In this document: positions 10,875 through 20,311 of the stretch, one piece after another | How positions within the stretch are numbered: position 1 is the first letter of the stretch | Layout of the letters: the number at the start of each line of letters is the position of its first letter | Assembly: GCA_963769755.1 (NCBI GenBank) | Contig: CAVYMY010000001.1 | Location: 90,243-154,242 of the forward strand | Direction: 5' to 3' | DNA length: 64,000 nt | DNA from: an uncultured Actinomycetota bacterium | Lineage (GTDB): Bacteria > Actinomycetota > Actinomycetes > Propionibacteriales > Nocardioidaceae | Translations under genes and position numbers: made by a program | The notes under the pieces: model-generated | Told to the model about the DNA's origin: nothing | What the model saw: only the letters and a program-made list of their open reading frames with translations | Database searches by the model: none

Positions 10875-11858
10875 TTGGTCTCGACAAGCTCGACCGGCGT
10901 AGGCCCGCGGGGGGCGAACGACGTACCCGACCTGATCGCCCGTGCGCGTGATCGCGACCCCCGAGCCGTCGCCCGGCTGATCTCCCTGGTCGAGGACGAG
11001 TCGCCGCAGCTGCGCGAGGTGATGGCGGCGCTCGCTCCGCACACCGGCCATGCCCAGATCGTCGGCATCACGGGCTCGCCGGGGGTCGGCAAGTCGACCT
11101 CCACCAACGCTCTGGTCGGCGAGCTGCGCCGGGCGGGCAAGCGGGTCGGCGTGCTGGCGGTGGACCCGTCGTCGCCGTTCTCCGGCGGCGCGCTGCTGGG
11201 CGACCGGGTGCGGATGCAGGACCACGCCACCGACCGCGACGTGTTCATCCGCTCGATGGCCTCGCGAGGTCACCTGGGCGGGCTGGCCTGGAGCACGCCC
11301 CAGGCACTGCGGGTGCTCGACGCCGCCGGCTGCGACGTCGTGGTGGTCGAGACGGTGGGCGTCGGCCAGAGCGAGATCGACATCGCGGGGCTCGCCGACA
11401 CCACGGTCGTGTTGCTCGCGCCCGGGGCGGGCGACGGCATCCAGGCGGCCAAGGCCGGCATCCTCGAGATCGGCGACATCTTCGTCGTCAACAAGGCCGA
11501 CCGCGACGGCGCCGACCAGGTCCGCAAGGACCTCCGCTCGATGATCGCGCTCGGCGACCGCCCTGCAGGCTCCTGGAAGCCGCCGATCGTCAAGACCGTC
11601 GCCCAGCGCGGTGAGGGCGTTGGCGAGCTCGTCGAGGAGATCGGCAACCACTTCGCCTGGCTCACCGAGTCGGGCGAGCTGGAGAAGCGGCGCACCCGCC
11701 GCGTGCGTGACGAGATCGAGACGATCGCCGTGACCGCGCTGCGGCGACGCTGGGACGACGTACATGCGCGTGTCGAGCTCGACGACCTCGCCGCCGCGGT
11801 GGTCGCCGGCGACTCCGACCCGTACGCCGCCGCCGACCGGCTCATCCAGAGCCTCTAG
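10875..11858 (+). CDS. meaB: MeaB/ArgK GTPase chaperone of B12-dependent acyl-CoA mutases
   Basis: GITGSPGVGKST, AVDPSSPFSGGALLGDRVRM, ETVGVGQSE, NKAD; start uncertain. Confidence 0.93.
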   Translation: MVSTSSTGVGPRGANDVPDLIARARDRDPRAVARLISLVEDESPQLREVMAALAPHTGHAQIVGITGSPGVGKSTSTNALVGELRRAGKRVGVLAVDPSSPFSGGALLGDRVRMQDHATDRDVFIRSMASRGHLGGLAWSTPQALRVLDAAGCDVVVVETVGVGQSEIDIAGLADTTVVLLAPGAGDGIQAAKAGILEIGDIFVVNKADRDGADQVRKDLRSMIALGDRPAGSWKPPIVKTVAQRGEGVGELVEEIGNHFAWLTESGELEKRRTRRVRDEIETIAVTALRRRWDDVHARVELDDLAAAVVAGDSDPYAAADRLIQSL

Positions 11859-11897
11859 CCCGACTTCCCAAGGACCGCTCGGCAGTAGCCTGCTGGG

Positions 11898-13120
11898 ATG
11901 ACAGCCCGGGCGGCCGAGCCGTCGTACGACGACGGTGGCTGGGCAAGCCTGTCCCGGCGCTTCTCGCCCTACCTGGACCCGGTGCTCGGGATCGTCGCGG
12001 CAGCGCTTGCGGTGACCTCGCTGGTGACCACGGACGCGGCGGCGATCGACCCGCGGCTCGAGCCGGCGGATGTCGTCTCGGTGGTGGCGACGCTTGCGGC
12101 CGGGCTGTCGCTCGCGTGGCGCCGGACGCGGCCGGTCGCGGCCTTCGTCGTGTTCGTGACGGGATGCCTGGTCGTCAGCCTCACCGGGCACTACATCGGG
12201 CTGCTGTCGGTGCTCTTGTTGTTCAGTCTCTACTCGCTTGCCGTGCACGGCGGTCGTCGGGCCGGTGTCGTGGGCCTGGCCTCGTCGCTCGTCGTGTTCT
12301 TCGGGCTGGCGCTGCTCGACATCCCGGACCTGGGCATGTCGGACCTGCTCCAGGCGTGGGCGTTGCTGGTGGCCGCCTGGGCAGTTGGGGACGCCATCCG
12401 GTCACGTCGCGGTCAGCAGGCGGAGCGGCTGCGGGCGGCCCAGCAGGAGGCGGCGATCGCACGAGAACACGCAGCGCGTGCCGTTGTCGAGGAACGCCTG
12501 CGCATCGCCCGCGACCTGCATGACGTCGTCGCCCACAGCATGTCGCTGATCGCCGTCCAGGCAGGCGTTGGCGGGCACGTCATCCGCTCCGACGTCGCGG
12601 CCGCCGAGCGGGCGCTGGAGATCATCGCAGAGACCAGTCGTCAGGCGCTGACGCAGACGCGTTCGATGCTCGGCCTGCTGCGGGAGGAGGACGCGGACCC
12701 GAAGATCTCGCCGACGCAGACCCTCGACGACCTGGGCACCCTCGTCGACAGCCTCCAGCACGCAGGCGTGGAGGTCTCGCTGACGTCGAGGGCGCGCGAC
12801 GCGTCCTCGAACCTGGGGTCGAGCTGACCGCCTACCGCGTCGTACAGGAGTCCTTGACCAACGTGCTCAAGCACTCAGGCGCCTCCCGGGCGCAGGTGCA
12901 GGTGACCTATGGCGACGACGGCGTCGGCATCGAGGTCCGCGACTCCGGCCCGGTCGGCGACGCCCGGCCGACCGTCGCACCAGGCTCTGGTGGCCATGGT
13001 CTGCTCGGCCTGCGCGAGCGGGTGCGGCTGCTGGGAGGGACGCTGGAGTACGGCGCCGTCGAAGGCGCCGGCTTCCGGGTCGCTGCTCACCTGTCCTCGC
13101 CGTTGCTGGCAGCGTCGTGA
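11898..13120 (+). CDS. membrane sensor histidine kinase (HisKA_3, NarX/UhpB type), one frameshift near 12784
   Basis: About 5 TM helices, ERLRIARDLHDVVAHSMS H-box; the second frame gives AYRVVQESLTNVLKH, EVRDSG, GHGLLGLRERV. Confidence 0.9.
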
Positions 13121-13776
13121 TCCGGGTAGCGGTCGTGGACGACCAGGAGCTGGTGCGGTCCGGCTTCGTGGTGCTGCTGGGGTCCAGTCCCGACATCCAG
13201 GTGGTCGGTGAGGCGGGTGACGGCGTCGAGGCCTGGGAGCTGTGCCGTCGTACCGCCCCCGACGTGGTGCTGATGGACGTGCGGATGCCGAGGATGGACG
13301 GCATCGACGCCACCCGGCGGATCCTTGGCGACCCGCAGTGCGCGAACACGCGCGTCCTGGTCCTGACCACCTTCGACGAGGACGAGCTCGTGCTGGAGGC
13401 GCTACGTGCCGGAGCGAGCGGGTTCCTCCTCAAGGACACCCGGCCGACGCAGCTGCTCGAGGCGATCGCCGTCGTGGCTGCGGGGGACGCGCTGCTTGCT
13501 CCCTCGGTCACGCGCCGGCTGATCGAGCAGTTCGCGGCGCTGCCGGACCCGGCCTCGCCCCGTGAGGAGGACGGGTTGACGGACCGCGAGCGAGAGGTGC
13601 TGGTCGCCGTGTCGAACGGCCTGTCCAACCAGGAGATCGCCGACCGCCTGCACATGGGATACGGCACCGTGAAGACACATGTCAGCCACCTGCTCGGCAA
13701 GCTCGAGTGCCGCGACCGAGCCCAGCTGGTGATGCACGCCTATGAGTCCGGCGTGACCGTCCCGGGTCGCGGCTGA
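13117..13776 (+). CDS. NarL/LuxR family response regulator
   Basis: DDQ, DVVLMDVRMP receiver domain; LTDREREV...SNQEIA..L....TVKTHV HTH. Confidence 0.95.
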   Translation: MIRVAVVDDQELVRSGFVVLLGSSPDIQVVGEAGDGVEAWELCRRTAPDVVLMDVRMPRMDGIDATRRILGDPQCANTRVLVLTTFDEDELVLEALRAGASGFLLKDTRPTQLLEAIAVVAAGDALLAPSVTRRLIEQFAALPDPASPREEDGLTDREREVLVAVSNGLSNQEIADRLHMGYGTVKTHVSHLLGKLECRDRAQLVMHAYESGVTVPGRG

Positions 13777-13886
13777 CCTCTGTCTCAGGTCTCGACCAAG
13801 CGGGCCGTCAGCCAGATGTGCCCGCCGGCTCGGGAAGCGAGATTGGTGGAACGGCCAGACAGGCCGAACCAACCAGGAGGTCTGCC

Positions 13887-14741
13887 ATGTCCCGTCCACT
13901 CCGAGAAGTCACGATCTACCTCGTCGTCGCCTTCGGCATCGCCCTCGGCATCGCCACGGCGATCCCGCACATGGGCGTCAACAGCCTGCTGAGTGCGTTC
14001 GCCCCGGTCACGGCGGTGCTGATCATCACGTTCGCTTCGACGCCTCACGGCAAGCGAAGAGAGCTGTGGGGCAGCTTCGGCCTCGGGCGCTCGGGCAAGA
14101 AGCTGTGGCCGTTCGCTCTGTTGGTGCCAATGATCCTGGCCGGCAGCGCCTATGCGGCCGCGGTGCTGCTCGGTGTGGCCGACCTCAAGCCGCTCGACAT
14201 CAGCTCAGGAAGCGCCGGCTCCTGGATGTTGAACCTGGTCGTGTCGGTGGGCTTCATGACGGTCCTCTTCCTCGCGGAGGAGATCGGCTGGCGCGGGTAC
14301 CTCCTGCCGAGGATCCAGATGCTCACCAGCCGTCGTCGCGCCGCCCTCGTCACCGGGTTCATCCACGGCTGCTTCCACCTGCCGCTGATCCTGATCGCCA
14401 CCACGTATGACCAGTTCGGCAGTCGCTGGCTGGTGGCACCCGTGGCGGTGGCGACCATCACCATGGGCGGCGTCTTCTACGCCTACCTGTGGGACCGGAC
14501 CGGCAGCGTGTGGCCGGTGTCGATGGCCCACGGAGCCGTGAACATCATGTTCGGCCTGGGTGCGGGTGCCGTGGTCGCGAGCTCGGAAGCCGACCTGGCC
14601 TACGTCGCCGGCGAGAGCGGCATCGCGACCTTCGCGGCAGTCGCCATCGTGGGTGCGGTGTTCCTCGCCCGAGCCAAGGTCTGGCGGACGGAGAGCACCA
14701 TCTCCTCGATCGAAGACCGGTCGCTGGAGCCCGTCGCCTGA
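13887..14741 (+). CDS. CPBP (Abi/CAAX-type) intramembrane glutamic endopeptidase
   Basis: EEIGWRGY, HGCFHLP, SMAHGAVN motifs; AGGAGG RBS before ATG 13887. Confidence 0.9.
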   Translation: MSRPLREVTIYLVVAFGIALGIATAIPHMGVNSLLSAFAPVTAVLIITFASTPHGKRRELWGSFGLGRSGKKLWPFALLVPMILAGSAYAAAVLLGVADLKPLDISSGSAGSWMLNLVVSVGFMTVLFLAEEIGWRGYLLPRIQMLTSRRRAALVTGFIHGCFHLPLILIATTYDQFGSRWLVAPVAVATITMGGVFYAYLWDRTGSVWPVSMAHGAVNIMFGLGAGAVVASSEADLAYVAGESGIATFAAVAIVGAVFLARAKVWRTESTISSIEDRSLEPVA

Positions 14742-14763
14742 GCTGCCTGAGACCCGGTGGTGC

Positions 14764-15321
14764 CTAGAACTCCTGGGCGCCACCGGGTCTTGGCATGCCC
14801 AGATGCAGAAGCAGCAGGGCGTACGCCGCCGTGGACTTCGCGTCGGTGATGGTGCCGTCGGTGATCATCCGCTCGACCTCGGCGCGGCTGAACCACGCCG
14901 ACTTCATGTCCGCCTCCTCGAGATCCCGCTGCGGTGCGCCTTGCGTGAGGTCGGCGGCCAGGAAGACCCGGCATCGTTGGTTCAACATGCTCGGCATCAC
15001 GTCGAGCGTGCCGAGCGGAGTCAGCCTGCCGGCCACCAACCCGGTCTCTTCGCGAAGCTCGCGGGCGGCCAGCGCCGCCGCGTCGACGTCGAGCTGCGGG
15101 TCTGCCGTTCCGGAGGGGAACTCCCATCGTCGGCCGGCGACCGGGTAGCGGTACTGCTCGACCAGATGCAACCGATCGGCGTCCGCCGGGATGATCAGCG
15201 CGATGTCGGGGGTGTCCACCACCCCGTAGATGCCCGTGGATCCGTCCGATCGACGGATCGCGTCCTCCCGCACCGTCATCCACGGGTTGGCGTAGACCTG
15301 TTTGCTGCCGAGCGTTTCCAC
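14764..15321 (-). CDS. NUDIX hydrolase (ADP-ribose pyrophosphatase-like)
   Basis: EQYRYPV, WEFPSG...AARELREETG Nudix box. Confidence 0.9.
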   Translation of the reverse strand: METLGSKQVYANPWMTVREDAIRRSDGSTGIYGVVDTPDIALIIPADADRLHLVEQYRYPVAGRRWEFPSGTADPQLDVDAAALAARELREETGLVAGRLTPLGTLDVMPSMLNQRCRVFLAADLTQGAPQRDLEEADMKSAWFSRAEVERMITDGTITDAKSTAAYALLLLHLGMPRPGGAQEF

Positions 15322-15463
15322 GCCGCCGAGTGTGCCCGATCGCCGATCCAGGGCGGCGCGCTCGGTCGTTGCGGGTAGTTTGCCCCTTCAGCAGCGATGA
15401 GGTTCGCGGTGGTCACAGGTCCATACGTGCCACCGCTCCATCAGACTCGAACCGGGAGACATC

Positions 15464-16135
15464 TTGAGGCTTCTTCTCACGTCCGCGGGCGTCAAGAACG
15501 CGAGCATCCACGACGCGCTGGTCGACCTCCTCGGCAAGCCCATCGCCGACTCCAGCGCCCTGTGCATCCCCACAGCCCAGTACGGGCACCCCCACGTCGG
15601 TCCAGGAGAGCGACCCTGGCAGTTCATCAGTGGACATTCCGACAATCTCATGGTCGAGCTGGGCTGGAAGTCAGTGGGAGTGCTCGAGCTCACGGCGTTG
15701 CCCAGCATCGACGAAGATCGCTGGGTCCCCCTGGTCCGAGAGACGGACGTCCTGCTGGTTGCGGGCGGCGATGCCTTGTACCTGTGCCACTGGATGCGGG
15801 AGTCCGGACTGGCGGATCTCCTGCCGTCGCTGACGGATGTTGTCTGGGTAGGGATGAGCGCCGGGAGCATGGTGATGACCCCCCGCATCGGGGAGGACTT
15901 CGTCGGCTGGAAGCCCCCCACCGGAGGCGACGAGACGTTGGGGGTCGTCGACTTCTCGATCTGCCCACACGTGAACGGCGAGGGCATGCCGGGCAACTCC
16001 ATGGCCGAAGCAGAGAGCTGGGCGGCCGGCATCGACGGTCCGTCGTACGCCGTCGACGACGAGACCGCCTTCAAGGTGACCGACGGCAACGTCGAGGTCG
16101 TCTCAGAGGGGCGGTGGAGGTTCTTTCCCTCCTAG
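15464..16135 (+). CDS. peptidase E-like protein (S51, class I glutamine amidotransferase-like fold)
   Basis: LLLTSAG, LCIPTA, VAGGD, GMSAGSMV nucleophile motif, ICPH. Confidence 0.85.
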   Translation: MRLLLTSAGVKNASIHDALVDLLGKPIADSSALCIPTAQYGHPHVGPGERPWQFISGHSDNLMVELGWKSVGVLELTALPSIDEDRWVPLVRETDVLLVAGGDALYLCHWMRESGLADLLPSLTDVVWVGMSAGSMVMTPRIGEDFVGWKPPTGGDETLGVVDFSICPHVNGEGMPGNSMAEAESWAAGIDGPSYAVDDETAFKVTDGNVEVVSEGRWRFFPS

Positions 16136-16167
16136 CCGCCGACACTCAGCGCCGTGGTGTGTCGTAT

Positions 16168-16965
16168 CTAGGCCCGTCCGACGACGATGAGCGCGTTGAG
16201 TCGGAGCGGATAGCCGTCGGCCGACTGGAGGGCCTCCATCTCCGAGAAGCAGGCGTCGCGATAGGCGGCCAGCGCGTCCGGCTCGATCTGTTCGAGAAGT
16301 CCGCGCACGCTGAACGACCAGTGCCAGTCCCACCATTGTTGCTGCGACGCGAAGCAGATCTCGGTGTCCTCCCGATGCACGTCGACGTTGGTGAAACCTG
16401 CTCTGGAGAGCAGCTCCGTCACTTCTTCGGGGCGCGAGAACGGCTGCTGCAGAGCCCGGATGCGCGGCGAGTCCGAGGCGGGGAAGAGCTCGTCCTCAAA
16501 GCTCCAACGCTCGTCCTCGTCACCCCAGGTCGACACGGCGAGGACACCTCCCGGCCGCAGCACCCGCCGGAACTCGGCTGCCGCACGCGCGGGATCGGGC
16601 AGGAAGAACAACGCAAAGGCGGCGGTGACCACGTCGAAGCGGGCATCGGGGAAGTCGAGCTTCTCGGCGTCCATGACCCGCAGGTCGACCTCGGGGACTC
16701 CCACCGCGCCGACGTCTTCCTTCGCGAGCTCGATCATCGTCGGCGACATGTCGATCCCGGTGAGCCGGCCGACGCCTCGCTCTGCCGCGGCGACAAGCAC
16801 CGCACCCCGACCGCAGGCGACGTCGAGCAGGTGAGCATCGCGAGGCGTGTCAGTCAGGTCGATCAGCCGCTCGGCGAAGTAGGCGTGGTACGCATCGCCG
16901 ATCCGGTCGTAGGTGGGCGCCGCCCGATCGAAGACACCCGCCAACCACGCCTTGTGATCGTCCAC
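16168..16965 (-). CDS. class I SAM-dependent methyltransferase (UbiE-like)
   Basis: VFDRAAPTYD, LDVACGRG, GIDMSPTM, MDAEKLDFPDARFD, LRPGG. Confidence 0.9.
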   Translation of the reverse strand: MDDHKAWLAGVFDRAAPTYDRIGDAYHAYFAERLIDLTDTPRDAHLLDVACGRGAVLVAAAERGVGRLTGIDMSPTMIELAKEDVGAVGVPEVDLRVMDAEKLDFPDARFDVVTAAFALFFLPDPARAAAEFRRVLRPGGVLAVSTWGDEDERWSFEDELFPASDSPRIRALQQPFSRPEEVTELLSRAGFTNVDVHREDTEICFASQQQWWDWHWSFSVRGLLEQIEPDALAAYRDACFSEMEALQSADGYPLRLNALIVVGRA

Positions 16966-17050
16966 GGTGCAAGCCTAATTGCGATCCGCCGTTGCCTACC
17001 CAAGCTCGACTGTGTTCGTATCGTGACCCCATGACAACCACCGCTCGAGA

Positions 17051-17476
17051 GTGGTCATGACCGACCCCACCCGCGTCTACGTCGACATGGTGGGCGACCT
17101 CTTCCATGCCGGTCACGTTGCCTTGCTGCGCGCCGCGCGGGAGCTCGGCGACTACCTGGTCGTCGGAGTTCTTTCCGACGAGACGGTGGCTGCCTACAAG
17201 CGGCGGCCGATCATGAGTCTTGCGGAGCGAGTTGCCGTGGTCGAGGCATGTCGGTACGTCGACGAGGTGATCCCGGATGCTCCCGCCCGACTCACCGCGG
17301 AGTTCCTCGACGAGCACAAGCTCGCGCTCGTGGTCCACGGCGATGACCTCGATGTCGACGCCGCCGCTGACGTCTATGGACCGGCCGTGGAGACCGGCCG
17401 GCTCCGCCTGGTCCCGCGAAACGGCGCCATCTCTACGACCGACCTGATTGCCCGGGTGCGCAGCCGCTCAGACTGA
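17051..17476 (+). CDS. stand-alone cytidylyltransferase (TagD/ECT-like, HxGH superfamily)
   Basis: DLFHAGH, VGVLSD, YKRRPIM, RYVDEV, HGDD, ISTT. Confidence 0.85.
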   Translation: MVMTDPTRVYVDMVGDLFHAGHVALLRAARELGDYLVVGVLSDETVAAYKRRPIMSLAERVAVVEACRYVDEVIPDAPARLTAEFLDEHKLALVVHGDDLDVDAAADVYGPAVETGRLRLVPRNGAISTTDLIARVRSRSD

Positions 17477-17508
17477 ACGCCACGCGATGTCGGCGGCCCG
17501 ACCGTCGG

Positions 17509-18087
17509 TCAGCGTGACTGCACTGCGTTCCACACGAACGTGGCGGTGGCTTTCGATCGCTGGAACGCGTTGTCGACCGACGCTCCTTCTTCCGGCAGCG
17601 AAACCTCGAACCGATAGGTTCGCTGCTCGCCCGGCGTCCAGGTGCCGAGGTCGACGTCGAGCTCGGCCAGCGGCCCGGCCCAGATCGCGTTGGGGTGGTC
17701 TTCGTCGTACACGTCGAGGTGGAGCCATGACGAGAGGACGCCGCCGTTGGGGCCGACCTCGTCGGCGACGTTCTGGACCTGCAGCGTGAAGTCGCCGCTG
17801 GCCTCGCCGACGTTCTCGATCGTGGCCGAGCCCTTCACGACGTCGCCCGGGATCAGGCCGACAGCCTTCATGATGGCGGTGTTTCCGGCGCTGTTGTCCT
17901 GGGTCATTCTCCCGGCGCTGACGGTGTTCTTCGGGTTCGCCGACGATGACGTGAACAGGCCGAAGGTCCAGCTCGCCCCGACAAGCGTCGCGACCAGCAG
18001 GAGGACGACCGCCAGGATCCAACGTGATGCGGTGGAGCTGAGCCAACGAAGCCGGTCAAGGGCACTCGGCTCACTGTCGGTGGTCAC
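17509..18087 (-). CDS. TasA/CalY-like secreted protein 3 (SipW-class signal peptide)
   Basis: GTG overlaps the upstream stop (GTGA); signal ...GASWTFG-LFTSSSANPKN; LIPGD...ATIENVG, LGTW.PGE...F.V, FQ...A.F.W.A; clearly paralogous to 20312..20890. Confidence 0.75.
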   Translation of the reverse strand: MTTDSEPSALDRLRWLSSTASRWILAVVLLLVATLVGASWTFGLFTSSSANPKNTVSAGRMTQDNSAGNTAIMKAVGLIPGDVVKGSATIENVGEASGDFTLQVQNVADEVGPNGGVLSSWLHLDVYDEDHPNAIWAGPLAELDVDLGTWTPGEQRTYRFEVSLPEEGASVDNAFQRSKATATFVWNAVQSR

Positions 18088-19133
18088 GGTTCGGTCCCCC
18101 AGACGAGTACGCCGTCGAGGTACGCGGTGACCTTCGTCGTGCTGGCGAAGGTCGTGTTGGTGCCGTGGCTGTAGTCGTCGCGCTCGTCGAAGTTTGAGAA
18201 GTCGGACTTGTTGACTCGCAGCTGCATCTGCCCGGAGCTGGTCCCGGCCTCGAGGGTGCCGGCCGCGAAGCCGACCTCGAGGTAGGAGTCCGCCCCCGGG
18301 CGGACCGGGTTGACCTTGCCGAAGCTCGTGGTGACCTTCCCGCAGCCGGCGTCCGCGTAGTCGCAGAACCCCAGCAACGGGCTCGTGCCTTCGGCGGTGA
18401 ACCAGTAGCGCAAGGTCAGGCGGGCTGGGTCGAGGTCCACCGTGCCGGTGTTGACGACCTTCAGTCCAGGTTTGATGACGTTGTTCAGCGGGTCCGGGTC
18501 GAGGTTGGCGTACTGCACCTCCACGGACTCGACATCGTCGAGGGGCCTCGGTTCGATGCCCCACACCAGCTGCCCGTCGACATAGACGGTGACTCGCTCG
18601 TTGTCGGTGAAACTTCCCTTGTTGAGGAAGCTGTGGTCGTTGCTCTGGGTGTAGTTCGCTCCGGTCGGGTCACGGATGGCGAGCTGGTCGAGCGACGCCG
18701 ACGCGCCGGGAGCGAGGACGCCGCTGGTGAAGGCGATCTCCGCATAGTGGTCAGCGCCCTCGAGCCGGTCGGGCAGGTCGACGGCGGACTGATGGATGTT
18801 GCCGCAGCCGAAGGCCGCGTAGTAGCAGGCGACCACCGGCAGGGCGGTGCTGCCGTCCGACGTGAACCAGTACCGCATCGTGACGGTGTCGAGGTCGATC
18901 TGCTCCGTGCCGGTGTTCTTCAGCCGCAGGCCGTACTGGATCTGGGGGCTTGCCGCACCGCCGTCGTTGGTCCGGGACTGGGCGACCAGGTCGGTTCGGG
19001 TCGGGGGAGCACCCCCGGCCGTGAACGTCTGCGGGTTCGACTTGTGGGTGGTGAAAGCCGCGCCGGCCGTCGAAGCGGCTGCGAGAAGCGCGGTCCCGAT
19101 CGCGAGGGCGATGAGCGCGGCCGGGCGCCTCAC
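18084..19133 (-). CDS. secreted non-catalytic protein with two tandem CBM3 cellulose-binding modules and a SipW-class signal peptide
   Basis: Signal ...TAGA-AFTTHKSNPQTF; each module has L.L.NTG..LD...T.RYWFT..G, GAD.Y.E..F, N....D.S and V..Y.DG.LVWG.EP, the hallmarks of CBM3; no GH domain, cohesin or LPXTG. Confidence 0.85.
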   Translation of the reverse strand: MRRPAALIALAIGTALLAAASTAGAAFTTHKSNPQTFTAGGAPPTRTDLVAQSRTNDGGAASPQIQYGLRLKNTGTEQIDLDTVTMRYWFTSDGSTALPVVACYYAAFGCGNIHQSAVDLPDRLEGADHYAEIAFTSGVLAPGASASLDQLAIRDPTGANYTQSNDHSFLNKGSFTDNERVTVYVDGQLVWGIEPRPLDDVESVEVQYANLDPDPLNNVIKPGLKVVNTGTVDLDPARLTLRYWFTAEGTSPLLGFCDYADAGCGKVTTSFGKVNPVRPGADSYLEVGFAAGTLEAGTSSGQMQLRVNKSDFSNFDERDDYSHGTNTTFASTTKVTAYLDGVLVWGTEP

Positions 19134-19750
19134 GTGACGACCTTCTGCGGCGGTTCGGCCGGATCCTGCCCGGCCTGATCCTGCTCGCGGCGCTGCTCGC
19201 GGACACCGTCGCCGGACACCCGCCACAGCGTGACGATGATGTAGACGATCAGGGCGATCGACGGGATTGCGATGGCCACGACCTGGACCCACCGGACCTG
19301 AAGGGCCATGTAGACATACCCGACGTAGGGGATGTGGCGGACGTAGCGGGCTTGGTCGGGGCCGTCGAGCACCATCTCCCACGGGTCGACGTCCTCGTTC
19401 GCGTCCCCCTTGGTCTGGAAGATCCGCTCGCCCGGGTGGCTGCTGTTCTTGCCGGCCGAGGTGATCTTGACGACGCGGTGGGTCACGGGGTCGTCGATCC
19501 CGTACTCCGGCGGTGGGACGAACGTAATGATGTCGCCGACCTCGATGTCGCCGACCGGAACCACCTCGTCGTAGACGACCGATCCGACCGGGATGGTCGG
19601 AACCATCGAGCCGCTGACGATGACGTATCGCTCGAAACCGAGCAGCGTGGGCACGACCATGAGGGCGGCGAGCAGCAGCGCTGCGACCATGACCACCGTC
19701 GTGAGGATCGACACCACCCGGCGCCGCATGGGGTGGGTGCGGTCGCTCAC
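19130..19750 (-). CDS. sipW: SipW-type (ER/archaeal-type) signal peptidase I
   Basis: SGSMVP (catalytic Ser), GDIITF, VTHRV (catalytic His), TKGDAN, IPYVGY; GTGA overlaps on both sides. Confidence 0.92.
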   Translation of the reverse strand: MSDRTHPMRRRVVSILTTVVMVAALLLAALMVVPTLLGFERYVIVSGSMVPTIPVGSVVYDEVVPVGDIEVGDIITFVPPPEYGIDDPVTHRVVKITSAGKNSSHPGERIFQTKGDANEDVDPWEMVLDGPDQARYVRHIPYVGYVYMALQVRWVQVVAIAIPSIALIVYIIVTLWRVSGDGVREQRREQDQAGQDPAEPPQKVVT

Positions 19751-20304
19751 TGGACCGACTCCAGCCGCCAGTCGAAGGTGAGGCTTGCGCTGGTGCCATC
19801 CAGAGCCGGTGCGTCCTGGCTCGCGGGCCAGGTGACCTTGAACGTGTAGGTCCGACGCTCGTCCTTCTCCATCGTGCCGAGCTGGACGGACCCCAAGCCC
19901 GTGAGGGGTCCGTCGTAGACCGGCGCCGTTGCCGCCGGAGCGGTCTGTCGGATCGAGATGTTCAAGACCTTGCTGAGCGGCTGGGTCTGGTCGAGTCCCT
20001 GGGCTGCGAGAACCAGAAGGCCGCGGTGCCCGGTGTTGGTGACGGACTGGTCTCCGCTGCGCACGTCCCCGGGCCGCATCCCGGCACCGTCGACGACCTG
20101 GCCGATGACCGTGAGGTCCAGGCCCATCCCTGCGGTCGCGAACTCGTTGCCCGGTGACCTCGAGGTCGAGTTGAAGTAGGCGCCGGAGAAACCGATCACG
20201 GTGACGACGACAAGCGCCATCACGCCGCCTGCGATCAGGATGCCGAGCAGCCGTCGGTCACCCAGGAACCTGTGCCGGCTCGCCGGTTCCGGAGCCGTTG
20301 TCAT
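19747..20304 (-). CDS. TasA/CalY-like secreted protein 2 (SipW-class signal peptide)
   Basis: Signal ...IGFSGA-YFNSTSRSPGN; MRPGD...VTNTG, VYDGPL, LGT..KDE..YTF.VTWP, LTFDW. Confidence 0.75.
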   Translation of the reverse strand: MTTAPEPASRHRFLGDRRLLGILIAGGVMALVVVTVIGFSGAYFNSTSRSPGNEFATAGMGLDLTVIGQVVDGAGMRPGDVRSGDQSVTNTGHRGLLVLAAQGLDQTQPLSKVLNISIRQTAPAATAPVYDGPLTGLGSVQLGTMEKDERRTYTFKVTWPASQDAPALDGTSASLTFDWRLESVQ

Positions 20305-20311
20305 GCGGGGC

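Noticed and set aside
15430-15465. tRNA suggested by a GGTTCGAGT T-loop-like motif on the minus strand
   Set aside because: The T-stem does not pair (CCCGG versus CTGAT) and no acceptor, D or anticodon arms are present
18084-19133. Cellulase or cellulosome scaffoldin
   Set aside because: No glycoside hydrolase, cohesin or dockerin sequence; only a signal, a short strand and two CBM3 modules
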